This document shows, in pieces, positions 35,255 to 46,259 of a stretch of DNA of 64,000 nucleotides (the first letter of the stretch is position 1; the number at the start of each line of letters is the position of its first letter). Source of the DNA: Emiliania huxleyi CCMP1516 (lineage: Eukaryota). The notes under the pieces were generated by a model that did not search any database, was not told where the DNA came from, and was given only the letters and a program-made list of their open reading frames with translations. Made by a program: the position numbers and the translations under genes. The stretch is taken from positions 124,001 to 188,000 of the forward strand of contig NW_005201421.1 in the NCBI RefSeq assembly GCF_000372725.1, in the 5' to 3' direction.

Positions 35255-37249
35255 TCAACTTTCTCTCTCCAGGGAAGGCAGCGTAGTACCTGCAACGCTC
35301 GTCACCGTTTGCTTGGGCACAAACCTGCCCTTGTCCCCGCGTTCGCGACTTGTCGCAATGGCTTTCCGCGAGCCGGGTCCGCCTGAAGTGCTGGGGCGGG
35401 CCTCCGCGCCGCGCTGGATCAGCAAGTCGACCACCCGCTCCTGGCCGTTGACAGCGGCGACCATCAGCGCGGTGCCGCCGTCGCTGTTCTGCAGGTCGAC
35501 CTCCGCGCCTCGCCGCAGCAGCAGCTCGACCACCCGCACTTGGCCTTGGTGGGCGGCAGCCGCCAGCGTGGTCCAGCCGTTGCTGTTCTGCTGGTCGATC
35601 GCCGCGCCGCGCTGAAGCAGCAGCTCGACCACCCGCTCGTGGCCGCTGGCAGCGGCGGCACCTAGCGGGGTCTCACCGCCTAGCTTGCAAGAAGCATTGA
35701 CCCGCCCGCCGCTTTCGAGCCACGCCAGCAGCGCCGCCTCGTCGCCTCGCCCGGCCGCGGCCACCGCCGCTGTAACGCTGCCCAGCTCCCTGCCCAGCTC
35801 CCTGCCCAGCTCTGTAAGGCTGCCCAGCTCCGCCTCTGTAAAGCTGGAAGAGACCGCTTCGCCCGAGGAAGCGCTGCCTGCGCCGCCCGCCGCCGCCTCG
35901 CGCTGTCTCGCAGTCACCTCCGCGATGTGCTGCCGGAAGGCGGCGACGCACGCGATGTGGCCCTGCTCCCTGGCCATCTGCAGCGCGGACTTGCCGTCCG
36001 TAGTGCGCAACTTCGTATCCGCGCCCGCCCGCAGCAATTGGAGCACGACGAGGAGCTGGTCGGAGTAGGCGGCGACCATCAGCGCGGTGCCGCCGTCGCT
36101 GTTCTGCTTGTTGATCTCCGCGCCGCGCTGCAGTAGCAGCTCGACCACCCGCACTTGGCCTAGGCCGGCGGCGGCCGTCAGCGCGGTCTGGCCGGCGTTG
36201 TTCTGCAGGTCGACCTCCGCGCCGCGCTGGATCAGTACGTCAACGACCCGCTCGTGGCCGTTGCCAGCGGCGATTTGCAGCAACGTGAAACCCGCACTAT
36301 CGAACGCGTTCACCTGCCCTCCGCTGTTGAGCCACGCCAGCAGCGCCGCCTCCTCGCCTCGCGCAGCCGCTTGCCTGGCCTCTTCGGGAAGGCTGCCCAG
36401 TGAGCCGGAAAAGGGCGCGCCCGCCGCCTCGCCCGAAGGAGGCGCACCCGGCGCCGCCCGGGACCGCCCGGGCCGGCCCGGGCCGGCCCGCGGCCGCCTG
36501 AGTCTGCCCGGGCCCGGCCGGGCCGCCCCGGACCGGCCCGGGACGGCCGGGGACCGNNNNNNNNNNNNNNNNNNNNNNNNNNNNNNNNNNNNNNNNNNNN
36601 NNNNNNNNNNNNNNNNNNNNNNNNNNNNNNNNNNNNNNNNNNNNNNNNNNNNNNNNATAGGGCGCGCCCGCCGCCTCGCCCGAGGGAGCGCCACCCGCGG
36701 GCGCCCGCGCCGCCCGCGCCGCCCGCGCCGCCCGGGCCGCCCGCGCCGCCCGCGCCGCCCGCGCCGCCCGCGCACGCCCGCGACGACCGCGCCGTCCGCC
36801 GCCGCCTCGGGCTGTCTCGAAGTCACCTCCACAACGTGCTGCCGGAAGGCGGCGACGCACGCGGCGTGGCCCTGCTTCTTGGCCAGCTGCAGCGCGGACT
36901 TGCCGTCCGTAGTGCGCAACTTCGTATCCGCGCCCGCCCGTAGCAAGCGGAGCACGACGGCGGGGTGGCCGTTGCGGGCGGCGAACACCAGCGCAGTCTG
37001 CTTAGTGCTGTTCTGCTTGTTGACCTCCGCGCCACGCTGGATCAGCAAGTCGACTACCCGCTCCTGGCCGCTGCGGGCGGCGAACATCAGCGCGGTGACG
37101 CCGCTCACACCGCCTTTCCTGCAAGTCGCGTTGACCTTCCCGCCGCTGTCGAGCCACGCCAGCAGCGCCGCCTCCTCGCCTCGCCCAGCCGCTTGAAATG
37201 CCGCTTCGGGAAGGCTGTCGGTCTCCGGCACGATCGTTGCTAGCGCCAT
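35255..37249 (-). CDS. Ankyrin-repeat protein (three modules), spans an N gap, 3' end apparently truncated
   Basis: Ankyrin motifs in each module, which begins AAxRGxEAALLAWLxSGG. The last repeat stops at LIQRGAE and runs into unrelated sequence near 35400. Confidence 0.75.
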   Translation of the reverse strand: MALATIVPETDSLPEAAFQAAGRGEEAALLAWLDSGGKVNATCRKGGVSGVTALMFAARSGQERVVDLLIQRGAEVNKQNSTKQTALVFAARNGHPAVVLRLLRAGADTKLRTTDGKSALQLAKKQGHAACVAAFRQHVVEVTSRQPEAAADGAVVAGVRGRRGRRGRRGRPGRRGRRGRRGRPRVALPRARRRARPXXXXXXXXXXXXXXXXXXXXXXXXXXXXXXXXXXRSPAVPGRSGAARPGPGRLRRPRAGPGRPGRSRAAPGAPPSGEAAGAPFSGSLGSLPEEARQAAARGEEAALLAWLNSGGQVNAFDSAGFTLLQIAAGNGHERVVDVLIQRGAEVDLQNNAGQTALTAAAGLGQVRVVELLLQRGAEINKQNSDGGTALMVAAYSDQLLVVLQLLRAGADTKLRTTDGKSALQMAREQGHIACVAAFRQHIAEVTARQREAAAGGAGSASSGEAVSSSFTEAELGSLTELGRELGRELGSVTAAVAAAGRGDEAALLAWLESGGRVNASCKLGGETPLGAAAASGHERVVELLLQRGAAIDQQNSNGWTTLAAAAHQGQVRVVELLLRRGAEVDLQNSDGGTALMVAAVNGQERVVDLLIQRGAEARPSTSGGPGSRKAIATSRERGDKGRFVPKQTVTSVAGTTLPSLERES

Positions 37250-37292
37250 TGGCACCGTAAACTTTTTCAGTACCGTCGGGTACTTATTTTAA

Positions 37293-37726
37293 GAGCAGGT
37301 AAACAGCAATAGATCCGGCCCTCAAGCGGCCTAATCGATACCCAGCCCTCACGGAATCGGTCCCTTGTTGTACAGCAATCGATCCTTCACAGTGCCCGTC
37401 CTGCCAACTTGCCGAGAATCGGTCCCCCAGGTCACCTGCCTGTGGCGCGAAGCTGATGTCTCCCGCCCTCGGCGCGCCCAACGCGCAGCGGCGGCAGACC
37501 ACCCTCCGGTTCGAGGGGCGCCTGGGGCTGAGCGGGCTGCCTCCGCCAGAGTTTGGCTCGCCCACCGGCGGGCTGTCACCCTGCCACGGGTCGCAAGCCC
37601 TCTGCCGGCCGGAGCGCAGGCTGCGCGGGCTTCCAGCAATTGGTCCCTTGGCAAGCGCGAATCGGTCCCCCTGGCTCCAGGAATTGATCCGGCACTACAC
37701 CCGGATCAATTGCTGTTTACCTGCTC
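37293..37726. mobile_element. MITE-like element, 26-bp terminal inverted repeats
   Basis: gagcaggtaaacagcaatagatccgg (37293-37318) vs ccggatcaattgctgtttacctgctc (37701-37726), one mismatch. Internal gaatcggtccc x3. No clear TSD. Confidence 0.75.
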
Positions 37727-39202
37727 AGACACAGATTCAAGGACGAGGACACGACACAGGACGCACCTCTAGTGAGGCCCGCATAGTAATGTGGGTGACT
37801 CCTGCCGCCGCCCCTGCCACCCCTGTGTCAGTGTGCCTGTGGTAGTGAGAGACTGCCGAAGCTGGAGGCAGGTCACTAGACTGAGATGAGACCGCCAGTG
37901 GAGTTGGGAGCCCACCGTGCACCGCGCTGCGAGCCTGTCGTGTCCCTTGTGCTTGTCAGGAGCAGGAGAGCCCCACCTGTCCCCCTGATCGTCCTTCCAA
38001 AATCCTGCTCGTGCAGGTGGGGACCCTGTCCTCCTCCCCCATCCCTCGTCTGGGTTTGTCTGTTTTCTTTCTTTCTTTCTTCTCTGAAGCTGAGAGAGAT
38101 TTTTAAAGACCAACAAGAGAAGGCAGACGCCGTCGGTCAACCCGTCATGCGGCTTGCTTTGGCTCGCCGCCACCGCGGTGGCTCACCAAGGACTTTTCAG
38201 CGTGCTGCGTCATCACCGCGCGGCGCGCAAGCCACGCCTCACCCGGGCAAAAAGAACGACCGCGCGCCGCCGCCGCCCGCCTCGCCGCGCCGCGCCGCCC
38301 CGCGCCTCGCCTCGCCTTGCAGCAGCGCATGCGCACACGCACCCACGCGCCCGCGCTCGCTCCGCGAGAGCGAAGCAACCCTCCAAGCGAGTTCCGAACC
38401 GGGAGCCAAAAAGGTCCCGGCTCGAACCGCGAACCGGTTCGACCACCGCCGCTGGCGGTTCTTGCAAAGGCATCAAAGGCAGTGCTTGATATAACGTAAA
38501 ATAGTGCGAGCGCGCGAGATACTCACCCGACCCACCGTGCCCTCGCGAAAAAGATCTCGCGCCGCGCGCGCTCGCACACGCCGCCCGAGAGCACTCCCAC
38601 CCCCGCCGCCTCGCAAGCTCACAGGTTGATTTGAGGAGAAGCAGCTGGGGGAGGTCAAAGCGGGAGAAGGCGGCACGGCGGCGGCGGCGCGGCCCCCCCC
38701 CATCCCCACGCCTCCGGGTCGTGCGTACCGCCTCCGGGCGCGAGTGTCCCCCCAGCGTCTGCTCTGGCAGTCGCTCCGGTAATCAGGCCGAGAGTACCAG
38801 GGAGGAGGGGAGAAGAGCCCAGGGTGGGGAGAGGAGAAGAGCCCAGGGAGGGGGGAGGAGAAGAGCCCAAGACGGCCTCCCTCTCCCTCCCCTCCCACCG
38901 GGCCTCCCTCTCCCTCTCCTCCCACCGGGCCTCCCTCTCCCCCTCCTCCCGCCAAGCACCGACAGTCTCGAGGGGCCAGCCGCTGGAAGGGGCAAGCCAG
39001 CGGCACGAGGGCTTCAGCCACACAGCTACCATGGGAACGCGACCCACACAAAGCACCAAAGTTAGGCATACCCCCCGGCGCAGTGTCCCCCGCTATGTGT
39101 CGCCGTTTGTCGGGGCACGCTATCCTGTGTAGTCAGGGCAAGTGGGGGCGGGGTGGACAGCCCATCGTCTTTACGTTGGGACCTCTCTGCCCAGTCCGGG
39201 GG

Positions 39203-40131
39203 TAGGTCGGTCGGAATCCCCCAAAACAATTAAATTCCCTCTCGAGCGGAGAGAATTTGGGATTCGACTCCCGCGCAATCAAGTCATCAACGATGGTGCC
39301 AACGGCCAAAAAAGCGCCGGTAGCAAGCACGATGGAGGTGCGTCTTTCCCATGCTCGCGCGCCCCCCGCGCGCGAACTATGCATGGGCCCGGCTCGCCCG
39401 CTTGGGGATCCACCCGGCACACCCCCGCCCCCCACCTGCCGGCTTACCTGCCGTCAGTTCGCGCGGGATCGCCCACAACTGTCAGCAACTGAAATCCAGT
39501 TGCTTCAGCTGTGACTTCAGCCTCGCCTCACCGCTCTCCCTTCGGTCGCACGCCTCCGGAGAGAGGTCGCACACGACGCTGGTGACCATTCCCGACGAGC
39601 CATGCGCAGGTCGCGACCCCTGAGGACCTCCACACCTCCAAGGAGAAGCTCCGCGGCATCGGCGAGGCGACCGCTCTCTTTTCAGAACCTGCTAGGGCAG
39701 AGGCCCTGTCCACCCTGGCGTCCCTCGAGGGGTCGCCAGGGCCCGCCGCGGCCCTGGCGAGGCCCGTGGGCGGCCTGCTCCTCATCGACGCCTACGCCCT
39801 CGTCGGCCTGGCCGGCAAATATGCCAGCGGCGGGGGCGGCGCCGGCGATGCGGGTCTCATCTTTACCAGGTGGGTCGAGGCGATGGCCGGGCACGAGTCG
39901 CTCGCGCCGACGCGGGCGCTCCCGGCGCTGGCCACGCCGGAGACCAAGGCGAACTTCGTGAAGTACAAGCGCCGGATGACCGCGTACAAGGCGGACGTGG
40001 AGCGCGCGCTTAAGCGGCGCTCGACGGCCGTTTCTCGCCGGAAGGACCCGGCGGAGGCCGACCGCGAACTCGACCAACTCGTGCGGCAGGCGCACGTTCC
40101 TCTCCAGACCCTTTCGGACGCGGCCGACACG

Positions 40132-40163
<32 letters not shown>

Positions 40164-43100
40164 GTCCTCGCTCGATGCCGAGCTCGACGTGACGGCGCAG
40201 CTGCGCGCGTTTGCCGAGGGTTTGCACCCGCGCCTCGGCGCCGACAGCGCCGTCCACCTCTTGGAGGGCTGCCGCGACGTCCTCGGCTTGATCGCCGCCG
40301 AGGTGCGCGGCGCGCCTCCGCCGCGTGGGCGCGGCACGTCGCAGCTCCGGCAGGTGTCGCTGCTCCTCAACTATGAGCGGCGGCGGCGGCAGCTGAGCGA
40401 GGCGCTCGCCGACGAGCGGCGTGTCGAGCTCGAGCTGGCGGCGCGCCGCCAGCAGGCCGCCGTCGACGCCGCGCTCGCCGACGAGCGGCGGCGCTCCGCC
40501 GCGGCGTACGCGAAGCTCGACGCAGCGCTGCAGGCGGAGCGGCAGGAGACTGGGCGGCTCTGCACGGAGGTGCGGCGGCTCAAGGCGGCGGCGCGCGAGG
40601 CCGAGACTGCGGCGGAGCTGCGGTGCCGCAGCCAGGAGAAGGAGGCCGCGGCGCACTTTGGCTCCATCGCCTCAGAGGCCGAGCGGCGCGCCAAGGTCGC
40701 CGAGGCGCAGCGGGACGACGCGTGTGAGGAGGCGGCGCAGCTGCACGGCCTCTTCGCGCAGCTAGAGGACCAGCTCGACGCGCTGCGCTCGATGCGCGTC
40801 TCGGGGCTGCTCGAGCAGCTGCAGGCGAGCACGCGGCGCATCACCGAGCTCAGTGCGCGGCGCAAGGTGACGCAGCGCAAGCTCTCCGACGTGAACCTCG
40901 TCGAGCGCAACCTGGCGGTGTCGCAGCGGCTGCTCTCGGAGGAGCGGGCGGCCCACGCGAGCTTGTGGCGCGGAGACGCGACGGCAGAGAAGCTGGAGGC
41001 GGTGGAGGCGCAGTGCGCCAAGCTGCAGGCCGAGCTTGAGGCGGCGCAGGCCGAGGCCGCAAAGTTCAAGGCCATCGCCGAGCCCACCAAGGCGCGCTTC
41101 AAGCTGGGCAACCACTTCAACGCCGAGACGGAGCTTGCGTGCATCTCGGTGATGCACCTCGGCATCGCGCGGCAGAAGATCCCGAAGCTGTTCCCGATCT
41201 TCGCGCGGCTCTTGGGGGTCAAGCTGCCGTACCGCGAGATCAAGGTCCCCGGCCCGATCGTGGACGGCAAGCGCACCTCCGTCGTCAAGCGGCTGCCAGA
41301 GACGCCGCAGGCGACGCACTGCAAGGAGCTGGCGGGCGTCTCCTACGAGCTCAACAAGCTCCAGGTCGGCCAGTGGCTGCTGGAGTTCATGAACTCGGAT
41401 GAGTCCTCGTGCTGCTACATCGCCGACGGCGCCGAGGCGCAGCAGATGGAGCGCATCGGCACCGTCCTCTCGCGGCGCGTCAACGGCAAACTCGAGCTGC
41501 GCGCCCTCGATTTGTCGACGGCCTCGAGCAAGACCGCCGAGGCGCAGGCGTCGGCGTACCACGAGTCGATCGAGGAGGTCATCAAGCTCATGGAGGAGGC
41601 CGGCCTCGCGGATGCGCGCGCGGCGGAGCTGCTGCGCCGCTTCCTCCCCACGTGCGCGTGCAACGACCGGGCGTCTACGGCGCGGCTCGCTGCGCGGCTG
41701 GTCCTCGGGCTGGGCGAGGGCGACGACGACCCGACCTGTGCGGAGCACGCGCTCGTCAACATCCTCGAGGAGGGGCGCAAGGCGATGGACGCCATCCTGC
41801 GCGAGCTGATGAACTTCACCGACGAGCAGGCCGCGGCGCACGCCGACAAGATCAAGGCGATGCGGACCTGCGTCGGCTGGTTCAGCTCGCCTGTCTGCGC
41901 GCTCATCTACCAGGCACCGTCAGCCCCGACCCCGCACCGCAGATCACTCCCACTCGCGCGCCAATCCCGCACCCCCCCGCGCCGCACGCGTAGGTGAGCA
42001 AGTACGTCGCGCTCTGCTCGACCAAGGGCTACGCCATCGGCCGCAAGCTGCAGGAGTGGATGGAGGCGCGGCTGGCAGACCTCGAGGAGCAGCTCGAGCA
42101 TCTCGTGGGGCACGTGGAGGACGTGCTCGCGATCTGCGGCTCGCGCGCGTACGTCTTCTACCTCGACGCGGCGCCGACGGAGCGGCTGCTCACTGAGCAC
42201 GACATCTCCATGCTGACCTACCTCGACGAGGATGAGATGCTCAAGGCTGCCGGCGGCGGCAAGCTGCGCAAGTCTATCCTCACCGGCGCGCGCTCGCCGC
42301 CCTGCATGGCGGGGGTGCGCGCCATGGCGCTGATCTGCGACGCGGTGTTTTGGCCGCTGATCCGCGCGGTCAAGCCAGCCGCGGACAAGCACGTCCTCGA
42401 CGTGCTCCCGCGCGTGTGGCCGGCGGCGCACGCGTTTTTTGAGGCGGCCGCCGCGTCGCCCGCGGGCATCGTCGACGGCTCGCTCAAGCTGCAGCTCGGC
42501 GACGTTTCGGCGGCCGCCACCGCCGCTACCGCGCCAACTCCAACGCAGGCGCGCCGCGCCGAGCGCCATCGCCTCGATATGGTGCGCATTCGCGCCGCAG
42601 CGGCCGACGACCCGATGGTGACGCGCTTGCTGACGGCGGCATTCGGCGCGATGTCCCGGGCGGTCTGCAACCACGCTGCGGAGTGGATGCCGGCGGGCCT
42701 CGTCGCCACGAACGGCTCGATCACCAAGACCGGCAAGCTGTGCTCGGCGAACATCACCCCGGCGCTGCGCGCAAAGTACGACGCGCTGCAGGCGACGAGC
42801 ACGCCGGTTGAGCGGCTGCACGCCGTCGGCCGCGTCAGCGACGACCGGCACAAGCGGCAGCGCAATGAGTCGCGCGCCGGCGACTCGCTCGGGCGCTTTA
42901 ACAACCAAGCCGGCTGGCTGACGGGCGAGATCGATGAGCGCGGCGGGCTCAAGGTCGCCGAGACCATGCTTGCGGCGTGCCGAAAGGCGGCGGGGCGGGC
43001 GAGACGCGTTACGCTCAAGGCGCAGCTGGTCGCGGCGGGCCGCGCAAAGCGCGCCGAGCGCGACGAGAAGCTGGGCAGCAAGAAGGCGCGCAAGGCGGCC

Positions 43101-43457
43101 AAGGCGGCCGAGAACGCGCGCATCGCGCAGCTGCCGCTCGTGCGGCGCTACTCAGAGCTGAAGAAGCTGGCGATCGCCGGCTTGCAGGCGCTTCTCGGAC
43201 GCTGTTGAGCGGTATACTAGTGCCCCACTACTCACGGCTCTCGTTTGTTGTAGGACCAGCTCAAGGCCTTCAAGCTGGCGGGGAAGACGGGCTTCACTGT
43301 CACGCAGGCGAACCGCGCGGACTATTGCACGCAGCTGCAGAACCTCCTCTTCGCCGCGCATGGCGTCGAGGCGAACGACCTCGAGGACGGCGACTCGGGG
43401 TGCGACGGCGACGGCGTGGTGCGGAAGGTGCGGCAGCGGCGCGTGGCGGGCGAAGAG

Positions 43458-43489
<32 letters not shown>

Positions 43490-44116
43490 GAAGAAGAAGA
43501 AGAGGAAGAGGGTCGATCTGCGTGAGCTCAACGGCTGGCAGTGGGAGGCGAGTGAGAAGTTTGACATCGAGCGCATTCTCGACAGCAAGGTGGAGACGGT
43601 CGGCAAGGTGCTTGCGCCCTCACACTCGCACCTGCCCTTGCTTATTGCCACTCCATCGCTCACGTGCCCGACCACCTCTCTTCTCGCCTCACAGGGCAAG
43701 AAGCGGGTCGAGATGACGTACTACTTGATCCTCTGGAAGGGGTACCCGCCGGACGTGTCGACGTGGGAGCCAGAGTCAGAGATACACGACGACTTGATCG
43801 ACGCGTACGAGGCGGAGCTCGATGCGGCGTCTGAGCTGGAGGCGGAGGAGGCGGAGGAGGGCGAGGAGGGCGAGGAGGAGTGACTAGCGCGCGTCCTCCG
43901 CCCCCGTGCGCGTGTGTTGAGGTGGTGCGAGAGCCATTTGCGTGCGTGAGCGGTGCGGCCGGGTGTGTGAATGTGAACCGTGGGCCACTTGTGTTGAGGG
44001 ATGGCAACCCATGTGGGTGCCTATGTGTTTCTTTCGAGCTAACGCACCTTGTTTTGCAGTTTCTATGCCGTGCTATTCACTTCCAAAAATCGACCCCCGG
44101 GACCCCGACCGACCTA
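39203..44116 (+). mobile_element. Apparently autonomous DDE DNA transposon, 4,914 bp
   Basis: TIRs taggtcggtcggaatccc (39203-39220) and gggaccccgaccgaccta (44099-44116), 16/18 match. TSD CCGGGGG at 39196-39202 and 44117-44123. Encloses one transposase gene. Confidence 0.85.
39293..43883 (+). CDS. hAT-like DDE transposase with long N-terminal coiled coil and C-terminal chromodomain (5 exons)
   Basis: Predicted exons 39293-39337, 39610-41913, 41994-43187, 43254-43607 and 43695-43883. Motifs YIADG (D1), SKTAEA, CNDRAS (D2), CAEHALVN (CxxH) and ATSTPVERL (E). Chromodomain FDIERILDSK…YYLILWKGYPPDVSTWEPESEI. Confidence 0.8.
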
Positions 44117-44459
44117 CCGGGGGTGCGTCGAACCTTCCATCACCCTGTCGGAAGCGGCGTGCCGGTGGAGGCACGTCCGGGTTTTGGAAGTAAAGATATA
44201 TTACTTTTTTAAAGACCAACAAGAAATCACGACTCTCACAGTGATTTGGGCTCGGCAGCTTGTTAGCCCTCAGCCGAAGCTGGGGCCGGTCCGTAGCCGA
44301 GAGATCTGAAGCTGTGTCGCGCTGCAGGCCTGCCTGCAGCTCGCGGCGGCGGATGAGATCGCGACCGAGTCCGGCTCGCCACGGCGCCGGAGGACGCCGC
44401 CGTCGCGTAGACTCCCTTGCGTTACTACGTGCTTGCCCATGTTTGTAGCCTGACGTTTG

Positions 44460-44934
44460 AGAGAGAGAGAGATTTTTAGCAATACCAAACAACTCTAACA
44501 CTCACACGTCATTTGGGGCCTGGAGCCCTGTTCACGCGCGCGCGAGACGTGCAGACAGGGTTGCCAGGTGAGAGCGAATGGCGCGGTTCACGCCTCGCAC
44601 AACAGAGAGAGAGATGCGCTCTGCATGGTGGGACATAAAAGAGAGCGAGTACTTGGGCGAGTAGGCCGTGCGGTCGACGCTGCCGCGCGCGACTTTGCGC
44701 GCGAGGCGGCGCAGCTTGAGAACGGCGGTGGGCGAGAAGCCGCCGCCGAACGTCTCGTGGAGCAGCAGGTTGAAGTTGTTGCGCTTGACAAAGATCGCGT
44801 CGTGGTAGAAACCGCGATGCGCCTTGACGTAGCCGTGGCCGTTCTTGTGGTCGAAGGGTTGGCCGGGTTGCCCGCGCGCCTTGCAGCCCATGTTTAGGCG
44901 GCGGGCCTTCTCTTCGGTGTTGCCGAGGTTTTGT
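44460..44934 (-). mobile_element. 5'-truncated RLE-type non-LTR retroelement, family A
   Basis: Encodes LGNTEEKARRL…LLHETFGGGFSP…AERISLSVVRG and has a (CT)n tail. TSD TGACGTTTG at 44451-44459 and 44935-44943. Confidence 0.8.
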
Positions 44935-45161
44935 TGACGTTTGTGCCCCGTAAAGAGGGAGATTCAAATAAATATTTTCAAAAGGCGCGATCGCGGCACG
45001 CGAAGACTGGTTGCAATCCCGCCGACCGCCAGGCCGCGGGATGATGCGTGCGTGGTCTTGTAGTGGGTATCGGAAGCGCCCAGACCCCCTATCTGGAAAA
45101 GGGGGCCGAACCCTCAGCATTACAAAGGCGCCATTTGCGGCGGGCTTGTTCGTTCTCCACG

Positions 45162-46028
45162 ATGGCTGCACCAGCCGCCACAGCAAGCCACACCGGTCAC
45201 CACCTCTGGCCTATCGCAGCAAAGCCGGCGGTGCACACGGAGGGTCTGCGCCGTGCCGCCATCCTGATGCGGGGCGAGCCCTTTCGTTGGGGTGATGATC
45301 TTGAAGGCAGGCGGGCGCAGGCCAACGTGTACGCAACGATCCGAAGCCGCGTCATCGACCCGCTCTCCACCTCGTATGGCTTCGCCTACCTGCTGGCCGT
45401 CGACGAGCGGCGCGGGTACTCCGACGGTCTGTACCTACGGCTGCTCGAGTACGTTGGCAGCATCCCGGCCGTCTTTCTACGCGTGAAAACGTCCACACAG
45501 GCCGAAAACTACCGGGAGGCAGTGGCTGCGGGCTGGCCGGGCATGCAGGACGCGGACGTCGTGTTCGTGTTCCGGCACGACGTGTCAATCCAACGTGCCA
45601 TCCACTCTTGGGGCTGCCCGCCCCTCGAGGCGGCCCTCGCGACTCAGATCCTCCTCCCGAGCCGCATCCCTGAGATGGGAAGCGTCAACGACCTCTACCA
45701 GATCGTGCCGCGGCAGCGCCTCGACGTCTTCTCGCGCCACTTCTTCACGAACCACTCCGCTTGCTTCGCGATCGGGATGAGAGGCTGGCAGGTCAACACC
45801 GGCCACTTTTGCCACAGAGTCTTTGATCGAGCGAACATATCCTACGCCACGTGCAACGCGACGGCACGGTATCCAAGATCGCGGGACAGGTTTCGTTCCT
45901 ATTGGGACTACAGCACGCATGAGCTCTCTCGGTGTGGGACACTGCTAAGGGAGACCAACCCCTATCGCTGCGGAGGCAACACGAGAGGTTATCGCAATGC
46001 GAGCCGAATCGTTGAGCCGAATCGTTGA
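45162..46028 (+). CDS. Hypothetical protein (possibly glycosyltransferase-like)
   Basis: Intronless ORF with globular composition (AAILMRGEPFRWG…DVVFVFRHDV…VNDLYQIVP). Function not established. Confidence 0.55.
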   Translation: MAAPAATASHTGHHLWPIAAKPAVHTEGLRRAAILMRGEPFRWGDDLEGRRAQANVYATIRSRVIDPLSTSYGFAYLLAVDERRGYSDGLYLRLLEYVGSIPAVFLRVKTSTQAENYREAVAAGWPGMQDADVVFVFRHDVSIQRAIHSWGCPPLEAALATQILLPSRIPEMGSVNDLYQIVPRQRLDVFSRHFFTNHSACFAIGMRGWQVNTGHFCHRVFDRANISYATCNATARYPRSRDRFRSYWDYSTHELSRCGTLLRETNPYRCGGNTRGYRNASRIVEPNR

Positions 46029-46259
46029 GAGTGATTCTAAGATCTGGTCGGAAGATAAGGTGCGCAGAACTTTCGTATCAAGGAGATACGCCAGGGGGCA
46101 ACCCTCGATTGGTTTTTCCCCCACAGCTCTGGTTAAAAAGGGCCAAGCGGTTGAGGCGTCACTCGCCAGGGACGTGTCACACGAGCGGCTCTGAAATTAT
46201 CACGGCAATGGCGCCCAGCGCAAATATCCCTCTCATTCACTGCCCACAGCCGGAATGTC

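Noticed and set aside
36430..36785. Extremely GC-rich repeats flanking the N gap as a protein domain
   Set aside because: They are adjacent to an assembly gap, so sequence quality and frame are unreliable.
39134..44147. CAGGG…CCCTG as the transposon termini
   Set aside because: Only 5 bp match and there is no TSD. The inner TAGG termini have a 16/18 TIR and a perfect 7-bp TSD.
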